A stretch of 25,465 bases of DNA from a virus (Duplodnaviria > Caudoviricetes). The stretch's first letter is position 1. Each line of letters begins with the position of its first letter. The notes under the pieces are model-generated. The model made no database searches and was not told the origin of the DNA. It saw nothing but the letters and a program-made list of their open reading frames with translations. Positions 1-6,888 of the stretch are shown piece after piece. The stretch spans positions 1 through 25,465 of the IMG/VR virus record IMGVR_UViG_3300004774_000015; one strand, given 5' to 3'. The translations under genes and the position numbers were made by a program.

Positions 1-147
1 CGCGGGCGTGATGCTGGCAAAGCGGTTGCCCTTAAAAACGACTCGGTTCGGAGTGATTCTGAAACGATAACTGCCGAAGAAGCATTGCTTGCCGCATTTG
101 CGGAAAGAGAATTGCTTAAAAAACTAAACCAAAGAATCAAAGGATAA
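1..147 (+). CDS. 3' end of probable prohead (capsid maturation) protease, truncated by window edge
   Basis: Open frame RGRDAGKAVALKNDSVRSDSETITAEEALLAAFAERELLKKLNQRIKG* ends with TAA at 145-147, directly before the capsid gene. Identity is inferred from position only. Confidence 0.55.
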   Translation, partial: RGRDAGKAVALKNDSVRSDSETITAEEALLAAFAERELLKKLNQRIKG

Positions 148-150
148 ATC

Positions 151-1503
151 ATGTCAGAAAAAATCATGGAAAAGCTAGATGCTATTGAGGCACAATCTGT
201 TGCTGAAATTGCAAAAGTAAACGAAGCAGTTGCATTGCAAGTTGCCGCTGTTGAAGAAAAACTAACACAAGAATTTGCAGAAAAAGTTGCGGCTTTGGAA
301 GCAAAAGTTGCTGATATCAAATCACCATCAATTCTTAAACTTGAAAAAACTGTTACTGGTGATGTAAACAAGCGCGTGCGTGAAGCGTTGTCATCATTTG
401 TAAAAGGTAGTGGTCGGCATGAAAAAGAATTGGCTTTGTTTGCTGATGAAGCAGAACAAGTTGCATTCTTAAAAGAAGCATCAGCATTAACGGGTGGCGG
501 TGCTGGTGTCGGTGGTCGTGTTGCTTATGACCCAGTTTTCGTTGCATTGCGTTTAGCTAATCCAATGCGTGGCGTTGGTCGTAATGTTACAACTGATGGT
601 GCGGCTTATACCTTCCGTGCAAAAGACGGAAACGCTGGTGCGGCATGGGGTTATTCATTAAACAACAATGGCACAGCAACAACAGAAACAACTAACATTT
701 GGCAATTAACATTGCAAGATTTGAATGTGGCATTCCCAGTAAGAACAGCGGCTTTGGATGACATTGATGGTCTTGAAGCAAACTTGGTTGCAGATATGAT
801 GGTTGAATTTAGCCAAGCTGAAGCATTATCAATGATTCAAAATAATGACCAAGCGGCACAATCAAGCACAAATCCTTATGGTGGCACAAACGGCTTGCGC
901 GGCTTAAATCAATATGGTGGTGCAAATTCATCTTACACAGGCGGCACAACATCAACAGCAGGCTTTGGCACATCAGGCACAGGTTCAACAACTGGTTTGC
1001 ATTCATTAGCCACTTATGACCAATTAACAACTAACGGCAATACAGTTGCAAACAAAGTAACTTATGCTGATATTGTGAATTTTATTTATTCACTTCCACA
1101 GCAATATTGGACTGAATCAGCAAAATTTGTTATCAGCCCAGTTATGTTATCAGCAATTCGCGGTTTGACAGACAGCAATGGTCGCCCAATCTATGTTGAT
1201 GGTTTAGCACGCACAGATGGCATCGTTGGTTCATTGCTTGGCTTTGATGTTGTTGTAAATAAATACCTAGATGTTCCATCAATTGCTTCAACTGCAAGCA
1301 CACAAAGTTTATATCCAATGTATTTTGGTGATTGGCAAAAAGCATTTGCAATTGTTGACAGATTGAACATGATTTTACGCAGATATGACCAAACACTTCC
1401 AGGTTCTATCACTTTCTTTGGCGAAAAACGCCTATGCAGTTCAGTCGTTGACCCTAATGCAATCGTGCGTTATCGTTCAACAGCAACAGTAACAAAACCA
1501 TAA
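151..1503 (+). CDS. Major capsid protein 1, HK97 fold, with ~109-aa coiled-coil scaffolding (delta) domain
   Basis: SD AAGGA 140-144. Helical A/E/K-rich N-terminus. HK97-family C-terminal motifs: 'IRGLTDSNGRPIY', 'LLGFDVVVN', 'YFGDWQKAFAIVDR', 'EKR...VVDPNAI'. Confidence 0.93.
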   Translation: MSEKIMEKLDAIEAQSVAEIAKVNEAVALQVAAVEEKLTQEFAEKVAALEAKVADIKSPSILKLEKTVTGDVNKRVREALSSFVKGSGRHEKELALFADEAEQVAFLKEASALTGGGAGVGGRVAYDPVFVALRLANPMRGVGRNVTTDGAAYTFRAKDGNAGAAWGYSLNNNGTATTETTNIWQLTLQDLNVAFPVRTAALDDIDGLEANLVADMMVEFSQAEALSMIQNNDQAAQSSTNPYGGTNGLRGLNQYGGANSSYTGGTTSTAGFGTSGTGSTTGLHSLATYDQLTTNGNTVANKVTYADIVNFIYSLPQQYWTESAKFVISPVMLSAIRGLTDSNGRPIYVDGLARTDGIVGSLLGFDVVVNKYLDVPSIASTASTQSLYPMYFGDWQKAFAIVDRLNMILRRYDQTLPGSITFFGEKRLCSSVVDPNAIVRYRSTATVTKP

Positions 1504-1517
1504 TATCGGTGAAAATT

Positions 1518-1545
1518 GGGGGTGGATATTCCATCCCCTCTTTTT
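1518..1545 (+). terminator. Intrinsic terminator-like hairpin between the two capsid genes
   Basis: GGGGGTGGA-TAT-TCCATCCCC (9-bp stem, one G-U pair) followed by TCTTTTT. Confidence 0.75.
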
Positions 1546-1566
1546 AATTTTTTAGGGAATAAAACC

Positions 1567-2613
1567 ATGAAGACTGAACAGATTTTTAATGGCATTAAGG
1601 AAGCGTTGATTGATGGAAAGTCAATGGTTAAAGTTTCCGAGAAAGCCCAAGTAAATGAAGCATCCGCATTAACAGGTAGTGGTTTAAATGTTGGCGGTAA
1701 GATTTATTTTGACGATGCCTTTGCGGCATTGCGTTATGCAAACCCATTTAGACAAGCGTGCCGCCAAGTTATTGGTAATGGTTCAATGGCGCAGTTTGTA
1801 GCAAAAACAGGAAATGCGGCATCAAGCACAAACCCATTTGGTTATACAGTTTCAGCCAATAGCGGTTCACCAAACATTGCAACATCGTTTTGGCAATTGC
1901 CAATGCGAGTTATTTCTGCACAACTTCCCGTTAGAAGTGCAGTATTATCAGACATAAATAACCTTGATGAATCTATTGTCAGCGATTTAATGCTTGAATT
2001 TTCAAGTATTGAGGCATCATCAATGGCATTAAATAATGACCAATCAGGGTCAACAACAACAACACTTGGCGGAACAGATGGATTGCGTGGTTTTGTAAAC
2101 TATTCAACAAGCACATCAGCCGCGGCATTTGGCACAAGTGGCACAGCAATCACAAACGGATTGCATACAATTCTTAAACAAACATTTACAGCGGCATCAG
2201 TTACTTATGACAACATTGTTGATGCGGTTTCATTATTGCCATCACAATATTGGGCATTGCCTGATGTAGCATGGCATTTGCATCCAGCATTAATTGCCCA
2301 ATTGCGTAAATTAAAAGGCACATCAGGTGGCGCACCAATGTTTGTTGAAGTGGGTGACAATGATGGCGGTGCAGTTGCTTATATGTTTGGTTTCCCAGTA
2401 ATTCCAAACCCATATCTTGCAACACCAGCCGCTGGCGCAATATCAGGCGTGTTGGCAAGTTGGGGTCAATTCTTAACCATTGTGGATGGTGAGGAAATGA
2501 CAATTCAACGCTTTGACCAAACAAGCCCTGCCACAATTACCCTGTATGCTGAAAAACGCATGGCATCAAGCGTGCGCGACCCATTTGCTGGTGTATTCTT
2601 AATCGGGGCATAA
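1567..2613 (+). CDS. Major capsid protein paralogue 2 (HK97 fold, short ~31-aa leader)
   Basis: ATG 1567 with AGGGA upstream is preferred over TTG 1516. Colinear blocks shared with MCP1: EASALTG, ALRxANPxR, WQL, PVRxAxLxDI, EFS..EA.SM..NNDQ, GGTxGLRG, FGTSGT..T.GLH, LPxQYW, DQTxP..IT...EKR..SSV.DP. Confidence 0.9.
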   Translation: MKTEQIFNGIKEALIDGKSMVKVSEKAQVNEASALTGSGLNVGGKIYFDDAFAALRYANPFRQACRQVIGNGSMAQFVAKTGNAASSTNPFGYTVSANSGSPNIATSFWQLPMRVISAQLPVRSAVLSDINNLDESIVSDLMLEFSSIEASSMALNNDQSGSTTTTLGGTDGLRGFVNYSTSTSAAAFGTSGTAITNGLHTILKQTFTAASVTYDNIVDAVSLLPSQYWALPDVAWHLHPALIAQLRKLKGTSGGAPMFVEVGDNDGGAVAYMFGFPVIPNPYLATPAAGAISGVLASWGQFLTIVDGEEMTIQRFDQTSPATITLYAEKRMASSVRDPFAGVFLIGA

Positions 2614-2615
2614 TA

Positions 2616-3266
2616 ATGGCTGATACCATATACGGACTGACAGCATACGCGGCAACCCGCAATCCTTTCAATTATGAAAAAGTTGAACAGATTGATAGGG
2701 ACATAGCAACTAATTGGTTGTCATTAACCGAAATGACCAATCAATTAAATTTGTTTGGTGATACATCACAAGATGATTATTTGCTGGATTTAGAATTGTC
2801 GGTTCGTATGCACATTGAAGATTATTTAGGAATGCCAATATTCCCTGTTACATATCGGGTTTATTATGGCGTTTCATCTTCATACAATACGCCAATGAGT
2901 TTGGATTTGCCTGAAACTTCAATTGATGGTGTAACAATTAACAGCGTGGGTTATTACAATTCAAGCACACCAAGCACATTTGTTACGCTGGCATCAAGTC
3001 AATATTATTATGATGTGACAGGTAATAAGGTTATTTTGACGGCTGGCGTGCCATCTAATGTTTCAACATTTAGAACATCACCAATTGTGGTTGAATATGA
3101 AACAGACCCAAGCCTTTTGGCGCAATATCCTGTAATTAAACAAGCTGGCTTATTATTGTTCACACATTTGTATAATAATCGTAGCGACACGACATCAGGA
3201 ATACTGCAAAAAATTCCTTTTGGGGTTGATGTATTATTGCGCCCCTATAAGCCATTAGTGATGTAA
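2616..3266 (+). CDS. Head-tail connector (HK97 gp6/SPP1 gp15-like)
   Basis: N-terminal 'LSLTEMTNQLNL...DDYL..L....R.HIEDYLG' and C-terminal 'IKQAGLLLFTHLYNNR...IPFGVDVLLRPYK'; lies after the capsid genes. Confidence 0.88.
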   Translation: MADTIYGLTAYAATRNPFNYEKVEQIDRDIATNWLSLTEMTNQLNLFGDTSQDDYLLDLELSVRMHIEDYLGMPIFPVTYRVYYGVSSSYNTPMSLDLPETSIDGVTINSVGYYNSSTPSTFVTLASSQYYYDVTGNKVILTAGVPSNVSTFRTSPIVVEYETDPSLLAQYPVIKQAGLLLFTHLYNNRSDTTSGILQKIPFGVDVLLRPYKPLVM

Positions 3267-3275
3267 GGAATAGGC

Positions 3276-3620
3276 ATGGCAATTGCACGCTTTGAAAATG
3301 TGGATGTAAATACGCTAACATTTGCGGTGGATAGCTATGGGTCGGGGAATACTATAATAACCAAAAAATTTACCAGCCGCCCTTTAGTTTCATCCGTAAA
3401 AAACTCGGTTGCAATTCTTGAAAAATATCGTGTTTATTCTGATTTGATTCAGTTTAAATTTAATTACACGCCTTGGTTAAGGGATGTTATTTTTAATCAA
3501 AATTTATATTCTTTCACTTGGAATGGTCAAGATTGGCGCGTGACGGATGCAATTGAAGCCAACGATAGAATGTCAGTAACAGTTATGTGTTATAGAAGCG
3601 ACCCAGCGACAAAGGTATAA
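3276..3620 (+). CDS. Head closure / head-tail adaptor (SPP1 gp16-like)
   Basis: 114 aa, beta-rich, 'VDSYG', 'FTWNGQDWRVTDA'; SD AAGGA; synteny. Confidence 0.7.
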   Translation: MAIARFENVDVNTLTFAVDSYGSGNTIITKKFTSRPLVSSVKNSVAILEKYRVYSDLIQFKFNYTPWLRDVIFNQNLYSFTWNGQDWRVTDAIEANDRMSVTVMCYRSDPATKV

Positions 3621-3621
3621 T

Positions 3622-4050
3622 ATGACAACGCAAAATGACATTACGCAATACGCGCAAGCAATACAAGAAGAATTGGCAAGTGTATTTTCGCCCGTGCCTG
3701 TATATGCGTTATTTAATCGTAATTTTGCAACGCAACCAAAGTTTGTAACATGGCAATTAAGAAATGTTCATCAACCTGTTTATACTGGTAAATATCAAGG
3801 CAATAAAGGCATTGATAGACCAATATTTCAAGTAAGCATTTTTACATCAGGGTTACAAACTGGAATGGCTGACGGATTAACATTGGCAAATACATTGATT
3901 CAAGCCTTGCATGGTTACGCTGGAACATTTGGGACAACGCACGCTTTTGAAGTTGCAAAAACTGATGTTTCTATGTTGTATCATGGATATGATGATGCGA
4001 TTGATTTGTTTAATGTTTTCTTGGATGTTACATTAGACATATCTGCATAA
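3622..4050 (+). CDS. Tail terminator / tail completion protein
   Basis: 142 aa, 'PKFVTW', 'FQVSIF', 'LIQALHGYAG'; immediately upstream of the tail tube genes. Confidence 0.68.
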   Translation: MTTQNDITQYAQAIQEELASVFSPVPVYALFNRNFATQPKFVTWQLRNVHQPVYTGKYQGNKGIDRPIFQVSIFTSGLQTGMADGLTLANTLIQALHGYAGTFGTTHAFEVAKTDVSMLYHGYDDAIDLFNVFLDVTLDISA

Positions 4051-4092
4051 TAAGACAGTAACTTTTAACTATTTAATAAGGAATTTTTAATT

Positions 4093-4587
4093 ATGGCATT
4101 ACCATCAAAAGTTTTAGCAGGGTTCACAGCATCCCTATATATCCAGCCAACAGCAACACCAACAGCGTTGACATTGGCACAATTATCAACATTAGCAAGC
4201 GTTTCAGCAATTGCGGTGTCAGGCAATTTATTGAATGTGGAAGCAATCCCTGCGTTTGGTCAAGATGATGCCGTTGCTTCATTTAGCGTTGCTGGTAGCC
4301 GTCAATCAGACAAAATCCCAACACAAACAGCACCAACTTCATTAACAATTACTGCACCTTGGAATCCAAGTGATGCAAACTTATTATTAATTCGCGGTGA
4401 TGCTTACAGCGGTGTTATTGATAGAACATTTGTAATTGCCGCAACAGATGGCACAAACATTGTTTATTACGCATTTAATGCGCGTGTATCAGAATTTAAA
4501 ATTGATGCTCAACCATCTGCTGAAGCAAAAGCAGTATTCACAGTTCATCCGCGTGGCAACCTATATGGTTGGTCTAACAACGCTTAA
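4093..4587 (+). CDS. Major tail tube protein, paralogue 1
   Basis: SD AAGGA; 164 aa; lambda gpV-like pattern (beta-hairpin 'VASFSVAGSRQSDKIP', 'YAFNARVSEF'); synteny. Confidence 0.82.
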   Translation: MALPSKVLAGFTASLYIQPTATPTALTLAQLSTLASVSAIAVSGNLLNVEAIPAFGQDDAVASFSVAGSRQSDKIPTQTAPTSLTITAPWNPSDANLLLIRGDAYSGVIDRTFVIAATDGTNIVYYAFNARVSEFKIDAQPSAEAKAVFTVHPRGNLYGWSNNA

Positions 4588-4602
4588 TTAAGGGGATTAA
4601 TC

Positions 4603-5121
4603 ATGGCATTACCTAATAAAGTTTTAGCAGGATTTACCGCATCATTATGGATGCAAACAGGAACAACACCAACAACATTAACAACTGCCAATCTATCAGT
4701 GTGGACAGCGCAAGTTGCAACTATTGTTGGCACAGTTGCAAACGGCACGGGGGCGGCTGGAACAGCATTAAATGTGGAAGCCGTGCCAGCATTTGGACAA
4801 GATGATGCAGTTGCATCATTTAGTGTTGCAGGCGCACGCCAAAGCGATAAAATTCCAACGCAAAACGCACCAACATCCCTTACAGTTACAGCCCCATGGA
4901 ATCCATCTGATGCGGCATTGTTATTGATTCGTGGCGATGCTTACAGCGGTTCAGTTGATAGGACTTTTGTTATTGCGGCATCTGATAGCACAACAACTGT
5001 TGCTTATGCTTTCAATGGTCGTGTAAGTGAATTTAAGATTGATGCTCAACCAAGTGCTGAAGCCAAAGCGGTGTTTACAATTCACCCTCGTGGCAATCAG
5101 TACGGTTGGTCAAATACATAA
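4603..5121 (+). CDS. Major tail tube protein, paralogue 2
   Basis: SD AAGGGG; 101/116 residues identical to paralogue 1 from 'LNVEA' to 'YGWSN' (counted by hand); 9 extra residues in the N-terminal loop region. Confidence 0.82.
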   Translation: MALPNKVLAGFTASLWMQTGTTPTTLTTANLSVWTAQVATIVGTVANGTGAAGTALNVEAVPAFGQDDAVASFSVAGARQSDKIPTQNAPTSLTVTAPWNPSDAALLLIRGDAYSGSVDRTFVIAASDSTTTVAYAFNGRVSEFKIDAQPSAEAKAVFTIHPRGNQYGWSNT

Positions 5122-5191
5122 TGATTTAACAAGCCCTGCCGTCAATCAACTGCTAACATAGAGGGAAACGGCAGGCAACAAAGGATAAGAC

Positions 5192-5422
5192 ATGACAGAA
5201 ACAAAAATAAATTCAAATAGTGATTTGCTTGGTTTTCTTGTAATGAAAATGGCAAGCGACAAAAAAGACTGGTTTGGGTTTCCCGAACAGCGCGTGACGG
5301 GCATTAATCTTGTCCATGAAATTGCAAAAAATCATGCGGATAAAATGTCACCGCAAGATGTTGTTTTGTATGTCAAAGAATTAAATGATGCTATTTACCA
5401 AGGTTTTATTAAGGTGCGATAA
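5192..5422 (+). CDS. Hypothetical protein (76 aa) in tail module
   Basis: SD AAGGA; TAATG coupling to the next gene. Confidence 0.7.
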   Translation: MTETKINSNSDLLGFLVMKMASDKKDWFGFPEQRVTGINLVHEIAKNHADKMSPQDVVLYVKELNDAIYQGFIKVR

Positions 5423-6069
5423 TGGCAAGCCCAAAACAAATAAATCCTAATGCTCAAACATTTGCTATTACTGGCATGGAAGAAACTTTGGCTGTTTTTC
5501 AACAATTAGCCGAGGAAATTGGTGATAAAAAAAAGTCATCCAAGATTTTAATAAACGCCTGCAAGGAAGCATTAGCCCCAGTTTTGGGAATGGCAAAAAT
5601 GTTAGCCCCTAAAGGTGAAACGCATTTACTTTCTAATTCATTAACTATTGTTGGTAGAAGACCAACTAGCAAAGACAGAAAATCTAAATATGTATCATCA
5701 ACTGATACAGTAATTGCAATTGTTACAACAAAAAGCATTCCAATTAAATATAAAAAACAATTCAATGCAACGCATTCTAGTTTATTAACCGATTATTCCC
5801 GTTCAGTAAAAGGCTCGGAATTTAGAAATATTACACATAAACAAATTCGTTCACACCAAAAAAAGTTTTATGCTGGCATTGGCATACCTTATGATGGTCG
5901 CGCACCAGCAATGGAATGGGGAACAAAAACAGAATTTGGAACAGCACATAATAGTGCTAGACCATTTATGCGCCCTGCAATGGATTTAAAGGGTGAGGAA
6001 GCCGCCAATAAACTTGGTGCAATTTTAATGAAACATATAGAACAATATAGGAGTAAGAATATAAAATGA
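5422..6069 (+). CDS. HK97 gp10-like tail/neck protein
   Basis: 'ITGMEET', 'AKMLAPKGETHLLSNSL', 'MEWGT...EFGTAHNSARPFMRPAMD' match the HK97 gp10 pattern. Confidence 0.82.
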   Translation: MASPKQINPNAQTFAITGMEETLAVFQQLAEEIGDKKKSSKILINACKEALAPVLGMAKMLAPKGETHLLSNSLTIVGRRPTSKDRKSKYVSSTDTVIAIVTTKSIPIKYKKQFNATHSSLLTDYSRSVKGSEFRNITHKQIRSHQKKFYAGIGIPYDGRAPAMEWGTKTEFGTAHNSARPFMRPAMDLKGEEAANKLGAILMKHIEQYRSKNIK

Positions 6070-6545
6070 GTAAATTAGCATCCGCACTTGGGCAAAAATA
6101 TCAAGACCATCGTCTTTCAGTTATAACCCGTCAATTTGTATTGGGTGACCATACTTTTAAAGTGCGTGTTCCAAGCGCATGGGAAATTGAAAACATTTAT
6201 AATTATTTTAAAAATCCCAATGAAAATGATATTCAAAAAAATTATGATGAATTAACAAAATCATTAATTGAATTAAAAGAATCAGCCGATGATACTGTTC
6301 AATATTTGGATAATGACATTATTGTTGATGGTCGTTCAATGAAAGAAGCGGCAAAAAACAAAACTGTTTTACAATATCGCATAACAGAATATATCAAACT
6401 TTTAATTCCCGAAAATGGGGAAACGCTTGAAAATTTGGAATATAAAGATGTTGACGAAGAATGGTCATTGGCTATTCAGTTAAGCATTGTTGACAAAATT
6501 AATGAAGTAATATCACCCAACTATAAAGAAATTCGGGAAAAGTAA
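6066..6545 (+). CDS. Tail assembly chaperone (gpG-like)
   Basis: ATGA overlap, SD AGGAG; acidic helical protein before the tape measure; ends CGG GAA AAG TAA on a slippery sequence. Confidence 0.8.
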   Translation: MSKLASALGQKYQDHRLSVITRQFVLGDHTFKVRVPSAWEIENIYNYFKNPNENDIQKNYDELTKSLIELKESADDTVQYLDNDIIVDGRSMKEAAKNKTVLQYRITEYIKLLIPENGETLENLEYKDVDEEWSLAIQLSIVDKINEVISPNYKEIREK

Positions 6546-6886
6546 CAGGCTCATTAAGGGCGCAAGTAAGGGCATCCCTTATCTTTAATGGGCATACAAC
6601 CGAAAGTATTGATGCAATAGATGAATCAACCATGAATGAAATCATGGTGATGTATTCTGATGGAATTATTGGAAACCAAGGAATAATAAGTGGAATTGGG
6701 GCATTAACCGCTGGCGTGTTTAATTATATGAGAAGTGGCAATTCACCGCCCTATTCATTAAAGCAAGTTTTAGGGAATAGTTATGGTTATATATTCTCGG
6801 AAATAGAAACAAATCCTGATGATGCTTTGTTATTGTTTATGACACAAGCAAAAGGATTTAGCATGGACAAATTTAATAAGGAATAA
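6535..6886 (+). CDS. -1 frameshift extension of tail chaperone (gpGT-like; fusion 6066-6886, ~273 aa)
   Basis: GGGAAAAG at 6535-6542. The -1 frame reads KVTGSLRAQVRASLIFNGHTTESIDAIDESTMNEIMV... with no stop into ORF 6632-6886. A stem-loop at 6549-6593 follows. Confidence 0.82.
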
Positions 6887-6888
6887 TC

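Noticed and set aside
145-1566. Stop-codon readthrough fusions protease-MCP1 or MCP1-MCP2 (all in the same frame)
   Set aside because: MCP1 to MCP2 has two stops (TAA 1501, TGA 1510) plus a terminator; each gene has its own SD; frame identity has a 1-in-3 chance. No sign of stop-codon reassignment elsewhere.
1516-1566. TTG-started N-terminal extension of MCP2 in the ORF track
   Set aside because: It runs through the terminator hairpin; ATG 1567 has an SD. Extended starts at 19578, 19885, 20009, 20380, 25030 and 25365 were trimmed for similar reasons.
861-1832. Same peptide SSTNP(Y/F)G and 12-mer ATCAAGCACAAA at non-homologous positions of MCP1 (861) and MCP2 (1821)
   Set aside because: Short, built from the genome's most common Ser/Thr codons; most likely coincidence.
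4585-4602. Readthrough fusing the two tail tube proteins
   Set aside because: TAA-T is an efficient stop and the second gene has a strong SD; noted only as a possible evolutionary route to a fused tube protein.
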